Shown here: positions 43,165 through 55,900 of the stretch, piece after piece
How the letters are laid out: every line of letters starts with the position of its first letter
Numbering within the stretch: the first letter of the stretch is position 1
NCBI GenBank assembly: GCA_040954595.2
Contig: CM082578.2
Span: forward strand, 9,533,519-9,597,518
Direction: 5' to 3'
Source: Balanoglossus misakiensis
Taxonomy: Eukaryota > Animalia > Hemichordata
DNA length: 64,000 nucleotides
Position numbers and translations under genes: made by a program
Notes under the pieces: model-generated
The model's input: only the letters and a program-made list of their open reading frames with translations
Told to the model about the DNA's origin: nothing
Database searches by the model: none

Positions 43165-46100
43165 TGTCACAAAAAAGTTTCATCACACGCTAGCCAAAGC
43201 AGCAGACATAAATCTAGCAGCGGAGGGATAAATTATCATGCGAGTATGTATCGACAAGAAGTCCAGACTTGGCTACTTTTTTTTCAGTGGTGCTGCAGTG
43301 ATCAAATATTGGTATTATGAGCCCATGAGTGTGGTTTCTATGAATACCAATGTGCTGATGATTAACAAATTTATTGGCACAGATTGTACGGCGACACAGC
43401 TTGGCATTTGCGGTATTACGATGTCTGCGTCAAGCTGGGGATTACATGTAGGGCATGTAACTCGCCCAGTGATCACTGTTTACTACAGCTTGCCATAAAT
43501 AGCAATTATTATTGTCTGCCATGACGTTGCACTATATTTTCTTTGCCTTCCATCCATTTTAAATATCTTGGCGAAAAAGAAAATAAGGTCAATCAAGTGT
43601 TCTGTTTAAAATCTTGAACAGAACATCTTTATTTTCCATTGGACCAGCAGTTTGCATTTTAACATATAACATTTAACAATATATATATCTTGCATTTTCA
43701 ACAAAGTCAATAATTTTTAAAATCTATCCACAGTCAGAAAATTCCTTAGGAAACTGCACTTTCAGATCTCTGGAACAGACTATTGTAAAGTACACTAAAT
43801 GTTTTGGAATGGGTGACACTAAAACTTGACATTGCACAAAAATCTTGCTGAAAGAGTTCGGCAACTGAGAGTGCAAATGTACATGTACTTTTTTTGTACT
43901 TTGGAACTTTGTATGGTTACTGTACAGTCAGTCAATGAACAATTTGTCAGTCAAGGTCATTGCCAAGGATCTATTTTGCACCAACTTTTAGGAGACATTT
44001 ACGACACCATACAGCTGATGTTAATGCACCATTTCAAGACGCTATAAACGGATTTAGTACAGCTCTGAAAATCCTCCTGTCAAAATTCAACCAAAGTGAT
44101 GAATGGATATCTCTGGCCTGATACTGAGTTAACGGAAAGTTAAATACTAATCCATAAATTAAAGAGTGACTGTCGTATACATGAGCACTGTTCTCATCTA
44201 TACACTTTCACACGTTTTAATAATTCTCGTCAATATTTGATAGATCTCTAATTGCCAGAAACTAAAAAGCCTATTTTCTGCACTGCACTGACCAAATATT
44301 TCTTTTCCTTTGATGTAGGCAACTTTATACTTTACCACTGTGCCGACTAAGCCCATATGATGCGCAACTGACTCAACAAACTCACTGGTGACTCAAGAAA
44401 ATTATCCACACTGCATGCAAAGGTATAGGGCTGACTCAGAAAAAAAATTAGAAATCATTACATTGACTCGAAACTTTCAAATATTATGTTTCTTAGAGGG
44501 CACACTACACTGTGTGCATTTTCCCCCATAATAAGTAAAACTGAGCATTTTACCATCACTGACACAGAGAAATATTTTTTTAACTGGGAAAATACAATAT
44601 GAACATTTCGGCCACTTTGTAGGTGGACAACCATATTTTAAACCATGGAAAGAAAGTGCAGCCACTCCTAAGGGATCATCTTTCCTCCCACTTGCCTCCA
44701 TGATGAATTCTTCAAATAACCACATAATTTTTAATGGCAACTGCAGTTTTATTATTTTGGGTTTTATTAGATTATCAAGCGGCAGAAGTAGAGAGCTTTG
44801 GGCGCATTCAGTGCTTTACAGCTGACATGACAACCTTGCGTCGGATGTAGGGGACCGACGATATGTACAGGTCTCTTCACTTAGTCTCTCTGGTTGACAT
44901 CCATCAAAAAATATTGAAAGCCAGATTCAGCACCTGAGTGAGGTGCTTATTCTAATTTCGATACACAAATATCGCAAGCACTGTAAGCAGCATCAACTGT
45001 CAACAGTGTTCGAATCTTCCAAGCCTTCGTGAAGGGCAGGCCGGCCTTCAGCTCCGCCAGCAAACCGAGGCTGGAGGATCCATTTTATTGCCGCTATATG
45101 GAAATAATGAAATTTTTATTTGATAACTGTTTTTATGACTTTGCTGGATATTACGACCTAAATACCGGCAGATTGGTCGTCTGATCTCAAAATGCACATA
45201 AAAGACACCAGCGCGTCCAGGCTCGCATGCCGTGGGTATAAGCCGGCCCCGTAAATGGAATTTACCAACAAATAAACGGACACAGTCTCTTCTCCGAGCC
45301 GAGCTGAACGTGCTGATCTTGTTATCTGTAGTCTGCTGTTTAACTGCCATACAGCTGTCATGCGCTGGCTTGTTTTCGAAAGCTTTTACAGACTGAGTGA
45401 AAATAATTAGACATGCAACTGGATGTTCTATTGACTAATTTGCACTGGGATGCACGCAATCACCACACAATGGGCTCATTTTGCAACATCAGCATTCGAC
45501 GTCACGTTCCCCCTCTTGTGTCCCTGTTTGTACATTGATCCGATTTGCTTCCGTTGGACAGCCTACCATAAGTCATTTTTGTTTTGCTCGCACATTAACT
45601 TGCACATCAGCCGTGTTGATGAGAATCCGGTGGACCAGAAGAAAATTCACTCTCTTTCATCCCTGAATGAACTTGGAAATAATTAAAAGCTGCAGAAAAT
45701 AACATCAAAAGCGAGAAAAGGCAATATGCTATAAAACCAACGGCTTTCTGTCGACTCAGATTTGGCAAAATAACTGATGATAAAATTAATGTGCTTAAAA
45801 AACTGTTGTTGAACTATATTTTGTAGGACCTAATATTTCTGCTAAAATAACTCAATGCATCTAAAATATTTTCCCACAAAAAAAAATATATCTTTGAACG
45901 GTAAATTTGATTTTCACAAACTTCAAACGAAAAATTAGGACAGCATGGCCTACTGCCTAGTCCTTACTAGTGGCCGACACGTACATTCCCCCTCCCAGCC
46001 GCTATGATGTAGTTTGCTGTTTCACAAAGCAACAACCGATTTTATGCCACTAGCCATTTATAAAACTGCCAGCATAATTCGATGACTTGTATTCTCACAA

Positions 46101-49100
46101 TGATACATGACTCAAGTTCTTACAAAGACAGATTTCTCCTTTTTCCATGGAGAACGGCGTTCGGGTGCAGAAAGAGCACAGCCGGCAGTCCTAAACACGT
46201 CTATTAATAAAACTTCCTTAACGGAATTAATGCCATATGTGATCAAACTGCCAAGGGGCTCGGGACGGCAAATCAAGGGTGATTGAATTGGGAGCCACCA
46301 GGTTACTGTGCTGCCGTTACTCAATATTGATTATTTCAGTCGACTAAATTATTCTCGATCCTGCAAAGGCTTGGCTTTTTTTTTTCTTCTTCGTGGCGAG
46401 GGGCTCTCTCAAAAGTCGCTACTAATAAACACAACCTCGAAATTGTGACACAGACTGTGTGGGCACCGCTGTGCGAAAATGAACTTAAGGCTCAAAAACA
46501 TCAAGGTGAAAACGATTTTTTGTGATATAATACATCCACACATAATTTTGTGACTGGGGCTAACATCACCACAAATATGCAAACTTAGGCTGACACAAAA
46601 CTCACATTATTTTTTTATCACACACTCTGGATTGCTGGGCAATTTATTACCATTCCATGTGTAACTTTGAACTTGACGTTTATGAAGGGCAGTTTTCCAA
46701 CTGAACGTGTTTCAGACCTCCATTAACTTTGACCGTCAATGTCTCAATAAACAGGTGACTGACCAGTCATAAATACCTATCATACGATAACTCGTCAAAT
46801 ATCATGGTCACTCTGCTCAACTGTACTTCGACTCCCCTATACTTGCTATTCTTGCCACGTGGAATACATTGTTCACAAGATTACACTAGAGGTGCAATAT
46901 TTACAAGATATTGAATTGCATTATGGGTAAAAAGTCAACCAAACAACCATCATTAAAAGTTCAGTTGTGGGTGGCCTATCATTTAATTTCACATCATAGG
47001 TAAAAGTTCTGCGCTTGTCTTACAGTAAGAGTATAAGATTATCACTGTCAGTATAGACAATCTTCACAGAAGCGAATGTATTTATTTGTGTATGAATGTG
47101 AGAGGGACCCTTACACTCAAAAGGCCTGCCCGGGGTCAATGAGAAGTAAAACTATAAAACATACGTTGACCATAGGTGCAAAGGGATTTCCTAGGTTATC
47201 CTAATAAAATGAAACCCACAGAGATATCATTCATTTTCAGCTGTGCCTATTACTGGGCGTCTATTCTTAACGATAATCAATGCATTGTGTTTATTTGTGC
47301 TCCAAATCATGCCCTGGATACATGTCTGCTGTGCGGACATTATAGTTCTTCCAATTGATTCTGAAGATATATTTAGGAGTTATGAAGATGCTAATTTTCT
47401 GATTTGCAATACTGAATAGAAGCTAGTACATGTAGTTGATTTTTATTTTCATTTTTTTTTCAAATTTCATGTTTCTCGGAGGCCTTTATAAACCAGCCTG
47501 GCTTTGATTTAACCCTTTAGACGAATCCACACAGCAAAATGAACAGGTTGTAACCAGGGGTTGAGCTCACTTATATTTTACCTCTTGATAAAAACAGACC
47601 TGCAGAAAAGATTGCGTCAATCGACACTATTTGCTGGCTATAAAAGATACATCCAATAAAACCTGTGCTTGGGAAATATAATAGCTTTTATGTGACGTAC
47701 AGTCTCACTCCCACCTTGCGACGAGGGATTTCTCCAGAAATCCACCCTTACGGTTTAGACTAATGCCAGTGCAATTAAAACCATTTACGGGATAATGCAC
47801 ACGTATTCTCCAGTGCGTCGTTTACCCGAGTTCAACACTTTCGACCGCAAAGAATCGCACGGATCCACTAAGGTTCCTCTGAGTGGCAGCACTCATTAGG
47901 AGAATCTGGTCGGGTTATCTGAAACCTCTTTTATTGCTCTCAGGGAACCGATCAAATGTGTTTCTTTTTCTTCTTCTTCTTTTCATCTTAAGACGCTGAA
48001 ATCTCATCAGCGTCTTCTGTCGCATCTTTGTCATTTTAGTTCCTGACCTCTGACATTTGATTTTGATCGCAACTTTGATGCCGTCGTATCACCAAGCGAC
48101 TCCCACTAGCGCCGTAATGGAGGGATACTCGAACAAATTAAATGGTCATTAAATGGGGATGTGTATGTGGGGTTTCTCTTACAATGCCACAGGTTTCGAT
48201 CAGTTTGCAAGCGTTTTCAAAAATTACAACAGTCACACACGCACGAGGCAATATTCGCTAATGGAGTCACCAGAGATGCTGAGCTCCAGTCCATCAGACA
48301 AGACAGAGTATCACAACCCGGGAGTTGAAGGAGTTTTGAATTGAAAATGAAAGCACTGAGACATCTGTGTTCAGACAACTTTCCTTGAAAACTTTTCTTT
48401 ACCGCTAATCTCCTCTGAATCTCGGTGCATTCTTATCTCTCTAAATCGCACAGACGACACAACCATCATTAAGCCGACATTACTAAAGAACATCCACATA
48501 TTTTTTTATTATAAATAGTCTACATATTTACATTAATGACATTGTGGAGTCTAATCCAGAACTGTAATTACCAAGAAAACCAAAGTCTGCTCCATATCAA
48601 GAAAAAGCCACCAGGAAATGAAAAGTTGAATATAGACCCCCATAAAAACCTGTAATGTAAGTAGACCATCAATGATGCCAAACAGGATAGGAGTAATGTA
48701 TTTTTGATATGGATCTTTATTCCCCAAATCTTATCACAAGCAAAAATTGAGCAATAAATCACTGTACCAGGGATACCTGTACTATCTATCTTTGACCCTC
48801 ATAATGTACCATTCTGGTTAAATCACGACATTAATAATCAATTCAATTATATTAAAATCCAATATATCCATTTTAATGATTAATCAAGTGCATGTTTTAG
48901 TCGAACTTCTGTGAGCTTAAACTGTCGTGATGCGTGATGCATGCATCTCGAACTGTTCACCAACTATAGAGACACCATCGAATGTGTTCTACCCAAAACA
49001 GATATCAAACTACCTTATCTTTTAGTCCCTCCTACTTCCTATGAAATGGATCTACCAGGCAATTGTGCATGAGCCAAGATACTGATGGGAGAGGGTTAAT

Positions 49101-49135
49101 ACAAGTTTGGGACTGGAAAATCAAAATAACTCTCA

Positions 49136-49219
49136 TTAACCCTTTCACCCCAGTTCCCTCTATGGAGGTCCAACTTTACCATAGAAAACACTGAATGTGG
49201 ACCAAACCATTATGGTGAA
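49136..49219 (+). mobile_element. piggyBac-like MITE, family B (right end decayed)
   Basis: TTAA + CCCTTTCACCCCAGTTCCCTCT...GAGGTCCAACTTTACCATAGAAAAC, nearly identical to 27578-27630. Confidence 0.75.
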
Positions 49220-49514
49220 TGTGAACTTCAAAGTTTTTATGAACCTAACATTATTCTGTCATGTGCTCACTCCTGTTTACTCTTGTTTCTGTGGAATCTT
49301 ATTCCATTAATAGCACACAGATTTAAAGGCGAGTCAATCGGTGAAGCACTTTGGTTTAGAACGCGTGTATAGTTTCAGTCAGAGAATACAGCACACCCCT
49401 TCCCGAAATGTACTGGGCAGCGCTCGCTTTAGTCCAGTAGCTCGAGGTTTTGCCTTGGTTTGTGTGTAAGACGGCAACCTCGAGCTGCTGAACTGCAGCT
49501 ACGCTCGCTCCAGC

Positions 49515-49534
49515 CATAGACCCTAGGGTCTATG
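49515..49534. mobile_element. 20-bp palindromic TIR stub with 7-bp TSD (P-element-like remnant or excision footprint)
   Basis: CTCCAGC-[CATAGACCCTAGGGTCTATG]-CTCCAGC. CAT...ATG termini and a 7-8 bp TSD fit the P superfamily. Confidence 0.55.
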
Positions 49535-49951
49535 CTCCAGCCCTGCGTTACATGGCCTCCACCACGCCGAGAACACACAGACCTGTACGCAGGGCTATAC
49601 GCTCGCCCCAGCCTCCCCATGACCTGATGAGTGCATGACCCTATGTGACCTTTGAAGATAGATATCGCGCTAAAACGTAACGTGCATCTGTCAAAAGCCG
49701 AATATACTTGATAGGAAACGCTATCTGAACGTCTTGGTGACACACAAAGAGCTACGTGTACACATCATGAGATGTTCTTAACCCGGTCGTGCGTTTCTTG
49801 ATATCATGAAATGGACATGGCAGAAGAACACGTGCTACTGTTTACGTGAAGAAGCCGTAAGTGGGTACGTGTGTCGCGGGTACACGCTGTGCGACGTGCA
49901 CACTCAAAGCGAGCGTACTCTCCATTTACAAAAATCAACAATAAAACTTAC

Positions 49952-50073
49952 TCAAATGCGAATCCGATAAGCTTATCGTTCAACCACCTTGGTCCTTCCA
50001 ATAAACGGACATCGGACTTTCGCAGTAAGCTATCGTGAAAGCTCACGACGATTTCATCCCCGTCGTCCGCCAT
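49952..50073 (-). CDS. SENP8: SENP8/DEN1/NEDP1 coding exon 1 (MADDGDEIVVSFHDSLLRKSDVRLLEGPRWLNDKLIGFAF-E)
   Basis: Translation matches the SENP8 N-terminus (human VVLSYMDSLLRQSDVSLLDPPSWLNDHIIGFAFE). ATG context is GAGATGGCGG. Ends at a strong phase-2 donor GA|GTAAGT (intron starts at 49951). 122 nt. Confidence 0.95.
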
Positions 50074-50300
50074 CTCGCCTGTGTCAGAGGTCAACTTGCT
50101 GCGCATACCACCAGTACGCATACGAGTGACCACCTAAGTTGCCCAAATTCCGAGTGCAGATATTCACCTTGATTCACCCCTAGTATTAGTACCTCCGCAC
50201 AAACTTTTCGGGACGCATAGAATAGGCCGGTACTAGCTCCAGGGGTCTATGACACCAGGTGCAGTGGATGTACGTAATCGGTGACATGTTTCGGATCCGT
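50074..50300 (-). promoter_or_regulatory. Putative SENP8 5'UTR and promoter (CpG-rich, no obvious TATA box)
   Basis: Lies immediately upstream of the start codon. CpG-rich, with a TGCGCA (NRF1-like) element near 50100 and a YY1-like GATGGCGG overlapping the ATG. The TSS cannot be placed from sequence. Confidence 0.55.
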
Positions 50301-52967
50301 AAAATCCATGGTTTTTATTTTCAGTTTACTAGCTACACAATGAGTTTGCATTTCGACTTGTTTTCTTCTCAGTGTTCAGTCATCATGTCGGCCTTGGCCC
50401 AAATGCAAGAGAGTACAAAAGATAGAGCGCATTAGAAAAACAAGGAAAAAAACGCAAATAAAATATGAAAAATATTACCTTTACTATTAAAGATTTTTGA
50501 GAGGGGTGTAAAGACACTGTCGAAGATGTTTAAAGTGATTTTAAAATGATTACGTGCCTTCATGCTCTTTCGGAGTTACCTATCAATTTGTTTTGCATCA
50601 GCATGCAATTTGTGCTGTTCAGTCGTAAATTGTATAAGACTTCAAATTGTATGAATCGTTCCGGTTTAGTGTTATTGTCTGCGTCTCGTCGAAAGACATT
50701 ATAAAGTCTAGTGTTCCGCGTCACAGTTGCCCTGGTTTCTAGTTTGCACTTGTTAATCGCAGTTTCCAAACTTTCTGTCCAATTACGTTGTTTCGTCCAG
50801 CTACAGCAGGCTAGATCTCATGGTGGCTAAATTGTCATAGATGGCCGGACACCTTTAGGTCCAATGCACTTGCAATGGATAATCTGTCGTTCACTCTGCC
50901 ACGTCCCTCAGGCCACACATAGTCTCTACCCAGACCCAAGGTTTTCCCTTTACAGAAAACACTAATCTTCGTTCGTGGTCTTGGTCATACATGTATATAT
51001 ACCGCTCTAAGTCAAACAATTGCAACAACGGCTTCGGGGTTAACGAGTGTACTTAGCACATTTCAATTCGCAAAATTGATATTCGATGAAAGAACGGTAC
51101 TTTTGTATCTATGCGAATCAATCCAGTCCCTGACTAAAGTGAGTCTTACTTATTTACTTATAATCGCGCTTTCAAAAGGTCGCCCTTGGGATGAACAACT
51201 AACGAACCCAACCCCAGTTTGAATATCTTCCACTTTCACGCACCAATTGAACATGTCAAGTTGAATTTACACAGTCCGGCGTTCTTCGAACGTCTGAGTC
51301 TGTGACAGAGGCCAGTGACCGTGGCCATTCGTGATTTTCAAGGGGACAAATTCGGGGTATCCTCTTCGCATTACTTTGTAAACGTCCGTTTAGTATAAAC
51401 AAATATTATTTTGCTTTCTGTTTGCTTTAATGAAACACATTGAATCACCAGCAGTCAGTTGAACTCTGCTGGAACCATGAATGCATGTATGCATATGTAT
51501 AGGGGACCTATCTGTATTCCACGAACATCTCTTCTCATGCACAAAAATTATCGTATTCCTTTAACGCGTGCTTATACACTTGTGGTTAAACACAAACTAC
51601 CCATATCCACACTCCTCCGAACAAAACAAGCCTTGTGCCTTGTGCGTGACATGAAAGTTGATCTAATAACCTTCGTAAGTTCCAAATGAACAAATCACCG
51701 GCTTATACGGATGTACGTCCTTCGAGTACACTAAAGTTTTGATACCAATAACGCAGCACAGGAAAAAACAAACCCTGTGCTTAAAAATAGCCAAGCTTAA
51801 TCAACAGTAGGTCACAAATGCCTTTACAATTATATTGATAGCAGTTTCAAACTTTGGACGGTACAAGAAATATTACGTCTTCGCTACAATCTGACTCCGT
51901 TTCAACTCAACATCCGGGGTAAGGTGCTTTTGATATCCATCAGTACAAGTTGCGGCTTCATATTACTATAATAGAGTACTATAATTTTATAATCACGTTT
52001 TAAAATTATAACAGCATACTATATACTCCACGAGAAGAATATTGTCCACTCGTCCAATTTTTCAACAACGCAAATGTCGTCTTCATGTGTTGTCTCTCAA
52101 AGCTTGGTGTCGATTTCCCTCCTGGTGACGTCAGTGCTTCGGATTACTTGCTTGTAATTTTTCCCGAGGGAACAGCGGACCTTCCAACCATACTTCCGAA
52201 CGAATTCTGCTGCCTGTTTGGTATGAGCGTTTGGGATGTTTTTCTAAAACCTGAAATGACCGACATGCAGCCTGTATAAGACAATCTGCAAGGAATAATC
52301 GCACCGATTCTGCGGAATGCGAGAAATGAGAAGACGGTGCCACTGTGAAGGCGTCTGATTGACGAACGGGGCGACATCGACTTGTCTTGTCGGTAAACTC
52401 TCAGCCTTCCGTCGACATTACAGGGATCTCTGTCGCTGGCATGCCCAGGCTCTTGACCGCGTGTAGTTTTCAACGACACGCGCCCAAGTGCGTATCGGTA
52501 ATAAGTAGACTCAATCGACAATAATGGAACTTGTTGGGTGTTGTATGGGATGTCACACCCGCTTGTATTATTGCAGAATTCACGGATTTGATTTGATTTC
52601 TCAACTGATATGTAAATCAGAAGAAAAAAAAACAGGATGCCATTAAAATGTAACAGGTGTCATTTGTCCTGCCCTTCATGCATCGCAATTTGGCGATATT
52701 GTTTTGGGACACCGTGAAGAAATCAACATGTAACCGTAACTATGGCAGCGGCGTCCGTGCGTGTTGTTGCCTCCACTTGAACGACAAGTTCAAGGGGATT
52801 TTGCGGACGTGATTAGGTTCCACTGGTGAATGTGTTTTGATTGATTGTTTAATTTAGAGTACCGTGCTACTCAATTCCGTTACACCCTTGAGCAGATATA
52901 CGAAGCGGCATAGCTGAGGGAACGAAGGCGAAGTTATGAGTAAATCACAATGCCCCAACAATGGAAA

Positions 52968-52989
52968 GTAAATAAATAAATAAATAAAT
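52968..52989. repeat. (TAAA)n microsatellite
   Basis: taaataaataaataaataaat run. Confidence 0.9.
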
Positions 52990-55900
52990 TCAGGATGACA
53001 CACAGGCTAATGTACTCTGCTTGCAAGTGTGTTTTGTTAACGAAAAAAGTCGGAGTTTGTCGAGAATATCTTACATGTGTAATTGATTTAAATTTAAAAC
53101 CAAATTTGTCCTCGTCTAACCTTCAATCCGCCTTCTAGTTCTGCAGCCTTTGGGCGTTGCGCGCAATATCAGCTGTTGAAGAAATCATATTTTAAGTCAG
53201 TGGGCGCAAGCTGAGCATATTTGCCTTTTAGAGTTTTAATACTCCTATACAGAATACATACATACACCTTGGAGTCCGTCAAAAAGAACGTCGTAAAAAA
53301 TATATACGCTCAAACAGCGATGAAACTTTAAGGCTCTTAACGTAATATTGGAAGAATCGCCGATAAAATCGCATGTATGGACGTTAAAACCTCGCCACCT
53401 TATTAGCTTTATAGCTTTCATTTCAAAGCCGATGCTATTCCTGGGCGATAGTCGCAAAACTTCAAAGCCCGCGTTTAAATTTCGTAATAATTTTATTGGC
53501 TTTGAGTATGCGGAGCAAATGATCATATTCTTTCCTTTCTCGTATATCATGGTTGATTTATTATGTTCTGGCTTTTTCCCCGACGTTTGCCAGTCCAGAT
53601 CTTGAAAATGATTCTCCTCAATCTTTTCGCGGGCATGTATTCTGAAGGACTAACAATTCTCCGGCATTGTCACCTCTCCAATAGACAGGGACGATGGAGA
53701 CGCGGGTTTTTCTTTTTTAATGTAAAATATCCGGGTAATGATTTACCGACCTTCCCTAATGCATCGCACGTTGAAAGTTAATAAAAACGCGCATAAAACC
53801 GTCAAATGCCCAGTTAAACGTTGAAATGTCCACGTAAAGCCATAACGCTATTATTGAACAGTTTGTAAAGAAAATCTGATCACGTGATTGTTTTTATTAA
53901 AAGCGTATATAGCAACATGTATTACGTACTATACGGTATTATAACGTGTTTGCGGCGTTTACTTAACCCCACAGCGCGCGCGCACGCACAAATATGCACA
54001 TAAATGATTCCTCCCGTCAGTGTGCTGTAAAAGTGATGGACCGTTAGCCTAAGCACGGTCAGGCCTAAGTACCATGTTTGGAAAGATCACAGTCGTACGT
54101 GGTGATTATGAAATTAAAGAGAGACTGTCTCCAGGGACACGCACATACACATAGGTGTCGGGTTCTGAGAGAAATGAAAATGGTATACAGCATTGTCCGA
54201 TCGCACCTTTATCTTCACCTGCCGAAATGCATTGCTACAAAGGTGTAGCGGTAAAATAAACAGCAGATATCGCCCTCATTGATCGAAAGTCCCTTGCCAT
54301 TTAAGCTCACGGGATGAACGGGTCCAGCGGCCGTCCTTCACTGACAAAACACCCAGATGGGATTTGAGTCGCGCCGTGCGAATGTCAGTCACGTGATCAG
54401 TCGTTCCTTTGACGGGCACCGAGAGCAAACGCTGCAGTCAGCTAGCTGAACTGAAGTAACGCGGCTGGAGCGAGCGACGCGACGTCACGGAAGAGTTCAG
54501 CTGGTCAAACTCGGAGTGGCTTAGGGAGAGGATTTCTTTCCAGTCATGTTAACGGATGAAGCGACTAAACGCTCGCCATTAAGCCTATCTCAAGAAGCTT
54601 ACGGAACTGAACGAGCGGCGCTCCCAGGATAAAACGGGAGATTCGGCGAAAGTTTTCCGGCGGTTTTCCGGCCAGGCTGGAACCAAAGTGGCTCCGGGAT
54701 TCGTCGGGACGTATACTGGGTCTCACCTCGGTTACACTCCGCTGTCCTTCATTGCCATTTGCAGGCCTGCATGCATCTCGCTTATTCAATCCACATGCAG
54801 AAAAAAATCACAGCCTCTGCGTAAAACTCCCATATCAGGTACGTGTCGTTGTTACATTACGATATCATTAAATTTAAATTAAACTCCCTAACAGCTTTTT
54901 CTTAAGACATGCCACGACTGTAATATGTATTTTCCAGCATTTGATGTGTTAAGCTATACTTTAATTATCGTGCAATTGGCAATGCGATGGCATTTTCCAT
55001 GCAACAGCAGATGTATAGAGCTGAATGTATTAAAGTCGGTCGAATAAATCACGGCTTATCTATGAGGGTAGGGTGAAATACTAGTAAAATGCGGACAGCC
55101 TTCAACGCGAGTTAATTTAAACCAACGCCGTATACTGAAGGGATATTGAAGATGACGTCACTTTCGGATTGTTTCATTTCGTATTATCTGTTCAACAGGA
55201 TATTACGGGATAAGCCGCCGCGTAAAACACAGCCGATGTCGGATTTTGAACGCGATTGCGGGGTTATTCCCGTCACAGGCGTATACGGTCCCATAAAGGA
55301 CAATGTGTCCGCGGCGCTCAACAAGAGCGACGGCGCACTGAGAACAAATGCGCCGTGTGAAAACAAATGAAGTTAAAATTACGACAAATCCCTGATATTT
55401 TATAACGATGAGTGAGTGCGTATATTATAAAAGTGGCTCTGGGAGAACAACTATATCCATCTTTGCATATTGCGCAGTGTTTGTAAACACGGTCAAATTC
55501 TGAAGATATTAATTGTCCGGGTGTGTCAGACTCTGTTCTTGTCAGATTTCCAACTTTGCAAATGGTTGTAAATATATATTAGGTAGTACCATTTACTACT
55601 GTCATGTTTCTGGTTAAATCGCACAAAAACTCCATGGAGACCGACTCAAACTAGATTAGAACTTCGTGGGGTACGTTCAATCCGCATACCCGTCATTTCA
55701 ACGACATTATGATTAAAAACCTTCGTGTTTTTTCATCTTTTCTTGTGCTTTTTTGCTCTTAATCTCTTGCAACGCAGAGGATCAACGGTCCATTACCAAA
55801 AACTGTGAGGCATGACGACCTCGCAAAAACTCCCGGTAATTCCATATATCTACGTATTTGTATTTGATCTCCGGAGAGAGATTTGTGAGCGTTTAACCAA

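Larger units (their letters stand above)
1..50073 (-). other. SENP8: SENP8 gene span (partial, 3' end outside window); introns 24446-49951, 12014-24356, 1170-11904 and <1-1053
   Basis: Four collinear, phase-compatible exons give 145 uninterrupted codons; all complete introns are GT-AG. Confidence 0.92.

Noticed and set aside
47990-48016. Perfect 10-bp hairpin AAGACGCTGA/TCAGCGTCTT containing a minus-strand CTGATGA
   Set aside because: Too short for a pre-miRNA, and there is no stem II/GAAA core for a hammerhead ribozyme. Other CTGATGA sites I checked also lack the core.
49584-49599. TGTACGCAGGGCTATA resembling the 3' half of miR-103/107
   Set aside because: Lacks the AGCAGCA seed; better explained as an arm of a foldback element.
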